From positions 10,726,001 through 10,790,000 of the forward strand of contig JBHGNT010000020.1 in the NCBI GenBank assembly GCA_043228905.1: a stretch of DNA of 64,000 nt, written 5' to 3'. Of the stretch, positions 50,601-63,066 are shown in pieces (positions within the stretch are counted from its first letter, which is position 1; every line of letters begins with the position of its first letter). The stretch comes from Azolla caroliniana. Lineage: Eukaryota > Plantae > Polypodiophyta. Below the pieces are notes generated by a model. It was given only the letters and a program-made list of their open reading frames with translations. It searched no databases and was not told the DNA's origin. The position numbers and the translations under genes were made by a program.

Positions 50601-53600
50601 CAACGTGAGTTTGTATATTTAGTCTATGTTTCTTTGTTTTAGGTTATGGCCAATGTTCTCTGCTCTGATGGTGAACAAGACCCTGATATCTTGGCTGCAA
50701 ATGCAGCCTCTGCTGCTTTGATGGTCTCAGATATTCCTTGGAATGGTCCAGTTGGTGTGGTGCGAATTGGGCGTGTGGATGGGAAGTTGGTTGTTAATCC
50801 TGATATGGATGAAGTAATCACTAAACCTATTGTGTATATAAGTTTATATTTTAAGGGGATATTGACTGCAGTGATTAACTAATGGAAACTTAAACAGATT
50901 CCAGGTGTGATAGTTGCAAAGTTACTACAGAGTTGTATCAAGAACTTGTGTAGTTCAGAACCTGGATCAGTCTCTTATCTAGAATAAAGTCGTTCTAGGA
51001 AATGTTTTATGTTTTAAAATCAAATTACAACTTGTTAGAAATATTCTGAATTACAAGCTAGAAATCAAGTTTTGTTCATGAACCATAGGTCTCTCGTAAT
51101 TGATGATGCCATAATATCAATATTTTTAATCTTGAATTCTCATATTCAATAACAGTTATAACTTATTGACTTGTATTCAGCTGGCTCTGAGTGACCTTAA
51201 TCTAATATATGCATGCACAATGGACAAAACAATAATGATAGAGACTCAGGCACGTGAAATATCCAATAATGACTTGAAAGTTGCTTTCAAGCTTGCACAT
51301 TCAGAGGTAAGACAAACCCTTGCATGCATCAATTCTCCATACGCTTCTGAACAAGGTGAAAGCAAATTTTTATTGATATTATATTTTCTGCAACAGGCAA
51401 TAAAACTAATACCACCTCAAATTCAACTGGCTTCAAAAGTAGAAAATAAAAAGAGGTCTGTTGCTACTATCACACTGGACAAAGATGTTCTTGCAAATAT
51501 CAGGTCAAAGGCAGAAGTGGCAATAAATTCAGTTATGGGAAACTCTTCTTATGGAAAGGTTGGCATTATAATGAAAGCCTGTACATTTAATACTGAAATA
51601 TCTATCTTTATGGATAGGTACTAATTTAAAGTTCACAGTTTGAACGCGGTAAAGCCTTGAGCAAGATTCAAGATGCTGTTGAAGCTATGCTGAAAGAGGA
51701 AGGGGATGAAAAGAGTCTGAAAGTTCTACCGTTTGCATTTGATCAAGTTAGGAAAGAGGTAAAACTTCTTGCTTTTTTATATCTTTGCATGTTTTAATAA
51801 ATAGATATGTTGGACTCCTGTCATTGATGTTTAACGACAATCGCATATTTTAGGCGATGAGAGTAACCATTATGTAGTTGGTGAAAGCTACTTCAACATA
51901 TAAGAACGGTTTAAAACAGCTCTGTGATGTTCATGGTACCTTTAAGATCATTAGTGAATTAGAGCATTGGGGAGCAGAAAGTCTTAATTGTATGAATTTG
52001 CTATAAAGTGCAATCTTTTAGGAAGTTGTATGATCCATTTATATAATGGCGGATGAGTTGCAATACCTTGTGGACCTGTGGATATCGTGTTGATTTTTGA
52101 AATGACCTAGTAGAACACATGAAGCTCTCTCAGACAACGGGAGACTTCTGTTGTACAATTTGGAACACCAATACAATCTAAGCATATTACCACGAGTAGA
52201 TGCTTTAAGAGGCACATGGATCTATATCATGGTTGGGTGTTCCTAGTGGCTGTCTATATATTTTGTTTTTATTACCATGCCAAGAACTACAATTTGTAAC
52301 TGCAGTAGAAAAAAAGTGGAAAGATCAGCGCAATAGCAGAGTCAGAGAGAAATAAAGAACATGATCTGATAGAATCATGAATTTAACTTCTTGTTTCTAT
52401 TGGTCAAGACCTCATTGAGACTGAATAAGACTGCACTACTCCTATCATATACAGATGCTCATCTTGACTAATGTGATGGGATAAACTGATGTAAATTTAA
52501 CTTCCAATCTGTTGTTTCACAGGTGGTAAGGAGGGATATACTTGAAAAGGGAGAAAGAGTGGACGGCAGAAAATTGGATGAAGTTCGCGAATTACAAACT
52601 GAAGTCAATCTCTATGCTCCATTGCATGGTTCATCTTTATTTTCAAGAGGAAATACACAGGTTATTGTCTGATTTCAAAATTTCCAACTTTTCTGTAGTA
52701 TAATCCCTAATTCTCTTGAAAGATGATAAATGTCTTTGTCACACTTACCTCTTTACTTACTCTTAAATATGAGCCATCACATCGTCTCTTGATATCGTTG
52801 TCATTAGGAACTGCTGTTAGTCCCCAATTGAACTCCAAGTTTGGGGCAATGGAATATGAAATGGTGACATAATGTTAAAACTTTTGGGTGATTGGAGATG
52901 GTTATTTCTGAAGGAAAACAAATATATCAAACTTGAACCAATATCTGGAATCAATCTGTTGGTACAATTGTTAGGAATTTACAGTTGCAATTATATTCTC
53001 CTACACATTGCAGGTGCTTTGCACAGTAACACTGGGCGCACCAGAAGATGCACAAAAGCTGGATTCATTGGTTGGACCTCCAAAGAAGCGGTTTATGGTG
53101 CATTACACGTTTCCTCCTTATTGTATCAATGAAGTTGGCAGGGTTTTTGGGCTCAATCGTCGTGAAGTTGGCCATGGTAAATGCGTGCAAGTAGCTTTCC
53201 AACTTTAGAAGCAAATAATAGCAAGTACTTTCTAGGCCAAAGCAGATGACAAGAATGATGTTCCTACCATTAAACTAATGGGAACTGTCCAAATGTATGC
53301 ACACATTAAGTTTGTTAAAGGTTTGATACATTGTTATTTTTCATCATGGCAGGCACACTTGCAGAGAAAGCTTTGTTAGCCCTCTTGCCTCCTGAAGATG
53401 AGTTTCCATATAGTGTTCGTACAACCTCAGAAGTGATGGCTTCAGATGGTTCATCCTCAATGGCAACAGTTTGTGGAGGTAAAATGTAAACAATTTGCTG
53501 AGATACTTGTATTGAAGAAAGAATTTGATCAAGAAATAGTTCAGTAATTATGGATTTGTAAATATTCTATTTGGCATTCCACACTCATGTTTGAAACAGG

Positions 53601-56209
53601 TTATATTATTTTATGTTGTTATTTTTTGCTGAAACTCTTTGGGACTATTTGAGGATATAGTCCACATTGTAAATATGGGTTTTACCATCTGGTTGTCTAT
53701 TGTAGATATATTTTCATGAACTAAGAAAAGTTTTTCTTGATGCATTAAAGAGATTTCGAACTGCAGATGTCCTCTGCACATAATGGCTACTTTAAAATAA
53801 GGAAATCATGAAAGATTCAGGTATATTTGGGCAATTAAGGCATATGATTAAAATTAAAGTTTATGAGAGCTTTATTAATATGATGCTGGTCATGTTCTGG
53901 TTCCATATTTCTCAATATTAGTTCAGTTCTGCATTTGAGTGGTCATTGCTCATATTTCTAGGTGCATGTAGGGATCAGTTTCACAAAATTTCAATTCCGT
54001 TCTCGAATTGCTCAGGTTGTTATACTGTTATTTGAATTTGTAATGGTTTGCAATGTGAAATATTAGGAAGTCTTGCACTTATGGATGCTGGGGTTCCATT
54101 ACGAGGTCATGTTGCTGGAGTTTCCATTGGATTGGTTACTGAGGTTGATGAAACATCAGGAAATATTAAAGATTACAAACTTCTGACTGATATTCTGGTA
54201 ATGATGACACTTGAGGAAAGGGAAAATCTTAACGTTATCTTTACATGTCATGCTTGAGCAGTAATTCTCGCAGGGACTTGAAGACCATGTAGGAGATATG
54301 GACTTCAAGATTGCTGGAACAAGGTCAGGAATAACTGCAATACAGTTAGACATAAAACCTTGTGGTATTCCGTTGGAGATTTTATGTGAAGCTTTGGAGC
54401 CAGCTCTTGTAGCACGCACACACATCCTTGAAAAAATGGAGAAAGAAATTCGTGAACCAAATACAGAACAAAAAGAGAATGCTCCACGGAAGGGTTTCTT
54501 CTCAATCCAACGAGAATATGTTGGGCGCCTCATCGGGCCACAAGGAAGCAATGTGAAGAATATTGAACGAGTAACAGGTGACATTCAAGGGTTTAGTTGT
54601 ATTAGTAGGAAATCAGCACTGATATTTGCCTCTGTTTCATATTCCAACAGTTTGGATACTTTGAGCTTGTGGTAACCTTGATGAGGATGTCTACTTGCTT
54701 CTATTTGTAGGTGTCCGAATAAGTATTTCTGAAGAGGGGAGGGTTACTGTGATAGCGAAGGACAAAGCAAGCTATGACCAGGCCAAAGATATGGTAACAA
54801 TGATTGGGTAAATGCATAAATGGTTCAAAGGTTGACAAAGTTTGACTTGTGTATCCTGCTAAACATCTGCAAGGTTGACACTGCCCTTGGAAAGGAAATT
54901 GAAGTGGGGCAAATATATGATGGATGTGTAAATTCGATCAAAGATTTTGGTGCATTTATTGAAATAGATGGTGGACACCAGGGACTCCTTCACATATCAG
55001 AGCTTTCCCATCAGAAGGTGTGTGTTAGTCTATTATGGTAGTGCTTGCATCACTGATATTTTAGTTCCAATCATGATGAATATTTGTTTGGGCAGGTTGC
55101 TCATGTAACAGATGCTGTTACGCTGGGACAAAAACTTAAGGTTATGTGTATAGGGCGAGATTTGAGGGGAAACGTGAAATTCTCATTAAAAGCAGTAGTA
55201 CCATGTGCTGCTGCAGATACAACTTCACTGCCTTTGGCATCACCAGCAACATCATCATCATCGTCATCTTCAGTATCTACACCTTCGTCCTTACCTGTTT
55301 CGCCATCACCTCAAATGATGAAGGTAGAAACGACAAACACCTCTGTAAATGAAAATCCAACAGCTGAGAGGGAGGTACACATGTATCAATTTCCATCACA
55401 AAGGTCATGGGCGAAACCACGAGGGATGAAGGAGAATAGCACCCAGAATCGGAATCTTGATGAACATTTGAAAGTGCCTAGTACAAGGGAGTCTAGGGTA
55501 GCATCAACAATAAGTGAAAATGACAATGGTGTTAGTCAATCAAATTCATCTGTTATGTCCGGACAAAATACAGAAATACTTGTAGATATAGGTGGTGAAT
55601 ACCTGGTTAGTGTACATCAAGTCAAAGCATTAGGTGCGGTTTTGAAGATGGCTAGTGGAGAACTTGGTAAACTTTTCTTTGATGAGGTAAGCTTATCTGT
55701 ATATAATATCCTATCACTCATATGAGACAAATAACTATTATTATTGCTATCTGGCTGTCTGTTGTGACTAAGTTCAAAAGTAGGTAGCCCAGCAAGATTA
55801 CATATGAACCATGCCATGGCACCGAAAATATCATACCTGATGCATGCATGTCATATCCTTAGTGAGGTCTGTTTTGAAGGCATTACTAGCTTGCATTGTT
55901 GCATGAGCTTCAACAGGTAAACACATAGCATGCATTCCTTCATGTAGACAAGGTTATATCCCATCCTGAATGTCATACATAAAACCAATTTGCCTACTCT
56001 CTGATTCCTGTTGATGCATTTCCCTGTTCTAATACTTGATTCTTGTGTGACGATGGTGTAAGAATTGATTTCTCTTGGATTTTCTGTTTATTTTGCAGGG
56101 AACACATCGTTCAAGTGTACAAATTGGCGACGAATTGCTAGTAAGATGTAGCAAAATAGATCATACAGGACGACCAGTTTTTGTGTTTGTCAAATCTTTG
56201 TCAAGATGA
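47658..56209 (+). CDS. PNP2: Polyribonucleotide nucleotidyltransferase, mitochondrial type (PNP2-like)
   Basis: 17 exons: 47658-47699, 47835-47937, 48587-48768, 49168-49323, 50643-50813, 51181-51306, 51397-51558, 51639-51758, 52523-52660, 53014-53176, 53353-53478, 54067-54197, 54274-54577, 54711-54793, 54874-55017, 55096-55686, 56099-56209. RNase PH motifs ([27 protein letters not shown]), KH (LIGPQG), S1 (GLLHISEL) and a second C-terminal S1-like domain. Confidence 0.95.
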
Positions 56210-58403
56210 TCATGGTTATCAAATGTCTAATTTCCTAGAGTTGAGCCTTGCATTCCTTCCTATTACCACAAGTTTAATACTCATTTTTCTCCTTTATTAT
56301 GGGAACCAATTTTGTAGAGACAGACATTTGTTAGAGAATGTCTATATATAAATCAAGGAAGAAACAATGGCAATATGCTCTAATTGTATATTAGTGATGA
56401 TTCTTTTCGATGACAAGTTGTGTACAATGTGAGGACAAGTTTTTTGGCATCTTGTACTTCAAAAATTTAAAAGTAATCACTGATTCCGTTCCTTTCACAA
56501 GTTACTGCACTGAAATCTAATGTAATGATTTTTTTACAAAATTTCTCAGAGTTTAAAGTTTCTTGCAGAATTACTTGCAATGTGTGTTGGAAGTTTCTTG
56601 TAATGGAACATAATTGAATAGCAGATGATCCCTAACAATCGAGGAAAGTGTTCTACAGATGACCCACCCTATTATGTTCAACATCACTATTACTTTCTGC
56701 AAATGTATCATTTTGATGTTTGGCAAGGTCAGTCACCAGATGTTTATTTAAATTTACCTTTCTTTTTGCCAGATGACAATAGAATGCTGAAACAAAATAA
56801 GAAGTGTAGGATAAAGGCTGTTAATCATTGATATAAAAGCTTCAACAAGAAGCTTGACACGATGTTTTTAAGGATGAGTACATGAGATTGAAGGGATTGA
56901 AGTAGGGTTTAAACATGAGGATTATACAAGAATTTATACAAATTTGGGCCAAATATTTTTTCATAGAACATATTGATGAAGCTTTGGTTTTTCCATTCTC
57001 TTTAAAATGACCATTGTCACTATCTCTAAACATTTTAAACAACTATTCTTTTAAAATTGATGATACTCATTTTGGCACTATAGAATGAATGTGGCATTGT
57101 GGAAGTATTACACGTACAAAATGCATAGTGAATGCTCTTCAATATTCCCATACTTCTAGTTAACTCTTTGCATCACATGATGAAATGGATAGTATGATAA
57201 TGAAACCTTGTATTTACAATGTTGATTTTTGTGACAATCAAAATATTTCAAATTTGATGAGCGTTGCATTTGCTCTATTAATGATCAAAAGACATATATT
57301 ATAGAACATCATAATAAATTGAGAATCATTTCGTGAATTATTTTAAGACTTGATTGATTGATTTGTCAATATAGTCCTAACGTTTTTGTACAGTTACTAC
57401 AAGTGTAGCCAAGGAACCCCTAATAGGACTTACGGTGGAACAACTCATTGAAGGAAGCAATCATATATTAATACCACAGTCTTTGTTTAGTGTGTTACTT
57501 CAAAGAGGCGTTATGTAATGATTAAGATAACTTGAATTGTCTCTATATGCTTTATGCAATGATTAAGAGGCTTTATGCTTCCTTCAATACATATGTCTAT
57601 CTATACTTTACACACACCAACAAGCATAAAAAATATTGCGACTTCTGTTAGGCTACCGACAAGACAATGATGGGGTTGACGTTCTAAAAACCACCTTTGA
57701 GGCCATTTGAGTTTGCTCTCTTGCAACAACGCTGTACAACAAGAGTTTTGTGTTTGATTTCTCAGGGTGCCGGCATGCCTATTGGATGCGATAAAAAGCT
57801 GTTTGTTCGTCTGTCTTGTCCTTATGTGGACAAAATGAGCACACAAACATGCACATGAGATAAGATAAGATCATATGAGCACCAGAGTCCTTGGGTGCCG
57901 GGTTTCAAAGCAACTTGACGTGGTGTGGAAGCAATAATGAAAATAAGGGAACGTGAGCTACACGGCCTAGAAGCCATGGCTAGGGCACTCTCTACATTGG
58001 AACCACAGGTCACACCCACATCAAAACCCTTTGACCCCCCACTTCTTTTCGAGAGGCTTGGGTGGAAATAAAATTAGGCTTAGTGTAAAGTCACTTGCTT
58101 TATCGAGTATACCACATATTGTACACTACGAGAAGTCTTTTAGCTTAAGTTCTATGTTTACTTTATTTTATTTTAGTTATGATGTCAGGATAAATACTCA
58201 TTTTGTTGGAAACCAATTGTCTCATGGGCCAATTTTGGCCTTAGAAGACTTTAATATATCTTTCTTTCTATCTTTTTCGTAAATAATGGCTTTCATTATG
58301 AAAGAAAAAACACAAACACCCATGACTAACTTACTACAAAGTTTAGAACCCTAGCTTGGGAGCTAAATACTACCAAGACTTCAAACTCAGTGCCACCCTA
58401 ATC

Positions 58404-58440
<37 letters not shown>

Positions 58441-58572
58441 CGTAAATAATGGCTTTCATTACGAAAGGAAAAACACCACCATGACTAACTTACTACAAAG
58501 TATAGAACCCTTCTATCTATCTAGGGATCTAAAGACTACTACGACTCCAAACTCAATGCCACCCTACACACC

Positions 58573-58625
<53 letters not shown>

Positions 58626-58810
58626 CGTAATTAGCTTACCCTAGAGGTAAGTTGATTACACTACTAAACCCAAGTTTCTCACCTCTCTATTACTCCATAG
58701 ATATCTCTTATTTCACTAGATGCCACCGTGGAATGTAGGGGTTAACCCATGACCACATGGTCTCCATTGGGCAACTTTACCAATTGAGCTACATCCATCT
58801 CGGCGCACGC

Positions 58811-58879
<69 letters not shown>

Positions 58880-58881
<2 letters not shown>

Positions 58882-59000
58882 TGCAACATTGATTGGTAAA
58901 GTTCTTGAACATCGAGAGTCATTACTCACTTTCACACGTATCACGTGGAATGTAATATTTTTGGTCTCATAGGTCATATTTGACCTCCGAAGACAATAAT

Positions 59001-59005
<5 letters not shown>
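58880..59005 (+). mobile_element. Short 3'-terminal copy of the RTE-X-like LINE, embedded in (TC)n
   Basis: Near-identical to 46736-46828 joined to ~47227-47250. Confidence 0.85.
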
Positions 59006-59029
<24 letters not shown>

Positions 59030-59031
<2 letters not shown>

Positions 59032-59093
59032 TATCGTAATTAGCTTACCCTAGAGGTAACTCGATCGATTACACCTTAGAAGAAGTTAATATA

Positions 59094-59147
<54 letters not shown>

Positions 59148-59206
59148 CGTAATTAGCTTACCTTAGAGGTAACTCGATCGATTACACCTTAGAAGAAGTT
59201 AATATA

Positions 59207-59244
<38 letters not shown>

Positions 59245-59332
59245 CGTAATTAGCTTACCCTAGAGGTAACTCGATCGATTACACCTTAGAAGAAGTTAAT
59301 ATATCTTTCTCTCTCTCTCTCTCTCTCTCTCT
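59030..59332 (+). repeat. Three tandem ~68-bp units separated by (TC)n
   Basis: CTTATCGTAATTAGCTTACCCTAGAGGTAACTCGATCGATTACACCTTAGAAGAAGTTAATATATCTTT x3. Confidence 0.9.
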
Positions 59333-59342
59333 ATACTGTAGT

Positions 59343-59387
<45 letters not shown>

Positions 59388-59547
59388 TTTGCTAGAAACA
59401 CCAAAGGAGAGCGAGGCTAGAAATGTAATTTGGCCCTAACCTTCTTCTTCATCTTCTCCTTCTTCCTTCTTCTTCATCTGCTCCTTCTTCTTCTTCTTCT
59501 TCTTCTTCTCTTTGTTCTTCTTATCGCAGGCAGATAGCGAAGAAGCT

Positions 59548-60903
59548 ATGGCGAAACGCGTCTCCCCCATCCTGTGCGGCCCTGCAACCCTACTGCTTCG
59601 CCTCCTCCCCACTCTCCTCCTCCTTCTGCTCTCTGTGGCCTCACCTTCCTCCGCTCGCTTAGGCGCCAGATCCTGCCACGGATCTCTCTTCTTCACTGAT
59701 TTCCGCACTGGCACCTTCTTCCTCACCTCTGGCGGCGAACCCAAGCCCTTCCCAACCTTCCTTTCCATCTCCACCACTGTCAATCAGGGTGGAGAAACGG
59801 TTTCCTCTTACCACCGTTTGTTCCCCGTGCTGCTGAACCAGAACGAGGTAAGTCCCAGGAATCTGTTTCTCGGAGAGAGGATTAGAGATTACCGCACCCT
59901 CTTCTCGTATTATTCTATTAGCTTTACTGAGAAACTGAGGAAAGGAGAGAATGATGAATTAGCTACTGAGTCTTCTTCCTCTACTTCTTCACCTGTCCTT
60001 ATTGATGATGTAGTAGAGAAACCTGAGAATGAGATTGTTCAGACTATGAATATTAATACTCATCGGAGAAGATCTTCTTGGTTGACTGGTTCGTCTCCTC
60101 AGGTCAGATCTCCATGGACTGATTCTCTGAGATTTCCCCAGATGACCGATTCTTCTCATCAATCTCCAAGGATCACTGATTCCTCTTCTTCTCAGACCAG
60201 ATCGTCATGGAGTGATTCTCTGAAGAGATCTACACAGACAGATTCTTCCACTCAGAAATCTATATCAACCGATTCTTCTCATCAATCTCCATGGAACATT
60301 GGTTCTTCTTCTCAGAGATATCCATGGACTGATTCTCTGCGATTTCCTTGGACACGTCCTCAGATATCTCCACAAACGGATTCTCAGAAACCTTCAAAGA
60401 TTGGTTTACTGCGAACGTCATTAACTGATGCTAAGAAATCTTCATGGGCTGATTCACAAAGATCTTCATTAACTAATTCTCAGATATCTTCTTGGACCGA
60501 TTCTCTGCGATCTTTAATATGGATAAACTCTGATGAGTCTACATTAAGTACTGAACCTAAGCAGTCTTCAGTAAGTAGAGATGGCGTTCATGAATTATTT
60601 CCTTCTCTACCACGAGATGAATATAGTGATAATGATGGTGCTTCTTCATGGGTTTTCACCATGAATGAACTCTCAAGGATTGCTTTTAGCCTTCTCTTAG
60701 GCGCCGCCTGTGGAGCTATTGTTGCAGGTGTTTTCTCTCTGGCATGGTCTTTCTTCTCAAGAGAGTCGGATGATTATGTGTTCGATGATGAAGAAGAAAA
60801 AGACATTGGTATTCTTTGTAGCTACCAATTGTTGGCATCACCGAAAGAATGTGAGAAGTTCAACAAGCCTACCATCGATGGTGAACCAGAGAACAAGGTC
60901 TAG
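59548..60903 (+). CDS. Uncharacterised single-exon protein: signal peptide, Ser-rich repeat region, C-terminal TM and acidic tail
   Basis: 452-codon open frame (incl. stop) from ATG 59548; hydrophobic leader LLLRLLPTLLLLLLSVA; TM IAFSLLLGAACGAIVAGVFSLAWSFF followed by DDYVFDDEEE. Confidence 0.75.
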   Translation: MAKRVSPILCGPATLLLRLLPTLLLLLLSVASPSSARLGARSCHGSLFFTDFRTGTFFLTSGGEPKPFPTFLSISTTVNQGGETVSSYHRLFPVLLNQNEVSPRNLFLGERIRDYRTLFSYYSISFTEKLRKGENDELATESSSSTSSPVLIDDVVEKPENEIVQTMNINTHRRRSSWLTGSSPQVRSPWTDSLRFPQMTDSSHQSPRITDSSSSQTRSSWSDSLKRSTQTDSSTQKSISTDSSHQSPWNIGSSSQRYPWTDSLRFPWTRPQISPQTDSQKPSKIGLLRTSLTDAKKSSWADSQRSSLTNSQISSWTDSLRSLIWINSDESTLSTEPKQSSVSRDGVHELFPSLPRDEYSDNDGASSWVFTMNELSRIAFSLLLGAACGAIVAGVFSLAWSFFSRESDDYVFDDEEEKDIGILCSYQLLASPKECEKFNKPTIDGEPENKV

Positions 60904-62129
60904 TCACTATGTAAGTGAACAAATATATGTTCATTCAGGACTGATTATGTAAGTAATATACTAAGTTATGTGTGAATATTATGTTAAGATCTTATTTGGA
61001 GAAATGGAACTTTGTTGTTATGTTGGAAGTAGCATTAACAACAGTCAATGCCCTTCCAAGTTTGCTATTGTTTTTTAAGCATGATTATTGGGTGATTATA
61101 ATATCATTCATATGCATTTATGACAAACTACTAAATTATGCTATAAGGAGAAGTGGATTCTTGTTTTGATTTGGATTTGGATTTGTATTGTGCCAGTATT
61201 ATGTATGATTACTGATCAACTTCCACACAAGGTTTTATTGCCGTACTATATGGTTAAGTGGATCAGTTGTAATAACGAGAGTAGTAAACTACCATGTATG
61301 AAATCTAGCTAACATAAGTTTTGTTGCATGGACATATGTTCAGTGTTGTTCGAAGTGACATTCAAAATGCTAGTGCAGTCATCACTCCCAGTGTTAGGGC
61401 ACTTGGCATAGCATTCCATGATTGTAAACTCAAGACATATTTCTAAGAAGAGAATTTTCTTACCAGTGTACAATAATTAAGTAACTCACTTTGACTAGCA
61501 AAGAATAGTGAATATGCACTCAGTGCAACTACTCTATGGTGGATTATTCTTGTACAGTGATGACTGATGAGTCTAAGGATTCACATCTTTTTAATACGTT
61601 AAAATATGAGTGAAGACTTTCAAGCTATAATCTTTTGATGCTTTAGATGAAGGCTACAAAATTTGATGTGTTTAGGTTCACACGGAAGGAAACTATTTCC
61701 CCTTGTAGATAGTAGCAATACACATGATATATGCAAATATCTGAAGACTGACTAGTTCACATTATAGGTTCTTGTTGCATATCACACTAATGTCCAACTT
61801 TGATGCATACCTAACATAATATATTCCAGATGTTACAATTTCTTTAAGAAAACGAGATAAAATGCATTTGCTCTATTTTTTCAGGTGCATAAAAATGCTG
61901 GCAAGCAAGTTCTTATCATTCAAAGACAATAGACTAGGACCAAACGATACATAAAATTCAGTTATTAGTACATTTTTACTCATCTGAAATGTGAAATGTT
62001 AATTCGTAGCCACTTAAGATAGATTCAATAACTAAAATAGCATTTGCAAAGAAGTTATGAAACGTGAGTACATTGATTGATTTCAATATAGGAAAACAGA
62101 AGTGAAAGCTTGACCAAATTAAATTACAG

Positions 62130-62765
62130 TACAGTGTTAAATTTCAACACTTGACCAATGGCATTAGAAAAAGGGTTTCCTTCTTTGTTTATACTTAGAA
62201 GCCTCATTACTTCCATTGACTGCGTGACGACGTTATCATCGGGCAGCAAGCAGTTATATAATTGATATATCAACTAAATTTATGGAATTAAATGCAGCAA
62301 ATGCCAAAAGCATAAAACAAAAACTTTCGCTACTACAGCACAGAGAGTCTTAAATTTCAACACTTGACTAAGGAAATTAATTAGAAAAGGGTTTCCTTCT
62401 TTGTTTATACTTCGAAGCCTCATTATTTCCATTGACCATTTGAAGAGGTTATCATTGCACAGCAAGCAGTTATAGTGATTGATATATCAAATAATTTTAT
62501 GGAATTAAATGCAGCAAATGAGGAAATCATAAAACAAAAACTTTTGCTACTACAATACAGAGTGTTAAATTTCAACACTAGACTAAGGAAACTAATTAGA
62601 AAAGAGTTTCCTTTGTTTATACTTAGAAGCCTCATTATTTCCATTGACCGCTTCAAGAGGTTATCATCGGGCAGCAAGCAGTTATATTGGTTGAAATATT
62701 AACTAATTTCATAGAATTAAATGCAGCAAATGCTGAAGGCATAAAACAAAAACTTTTGCTACTAC
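62130..62765. repeat. Three diverged tandem units of ~210-217 bp
   Basis: TTAAATTTCAACACT...CTTAGAAGCCTCATTA...CAGCAAGCAGTTATA...GGAATTAAATGCAGCAAATG recurs at ~62130, ~62341 and ~62558. Confidence 0.9.
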
Positions 62766-63066
62766 CATGCTCGTATGTTAATGTATGGCAATACTCTCTA
62801 CATATGCATAGCTTTTCTGTATGTATATGTGTTTTAGAGAAATATATATATTAAAACATAACAGAAAATGAGACTAAAATTTCACTACCTCAAGAGAAGA
62901 GAATCATTCTTACACCAATGGTTATAAAATTGCATCATGTCCCATTGCCCATGCTCTAAAACATCAATTTATTTGATAATTTCCTCCATTGCGATAAAAA
63001 AGGAAAGTGCCACAGAGGAAAACCACTCTCTCATTTTCACGCTTTTGATTAAAGAGCACCCACTCA

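Noticed and set aside
59030-59332. CRISPR-like repeat/spacer array
   Set aside because: The spacers are just (TC)n microsatellite.
61555-61600. CTGATGAGTC motif resembling another hammerhead or a C-box
   Set aside because: No GAAA core or stem I/III pairing follows, and no convincing D-box terminal stem.
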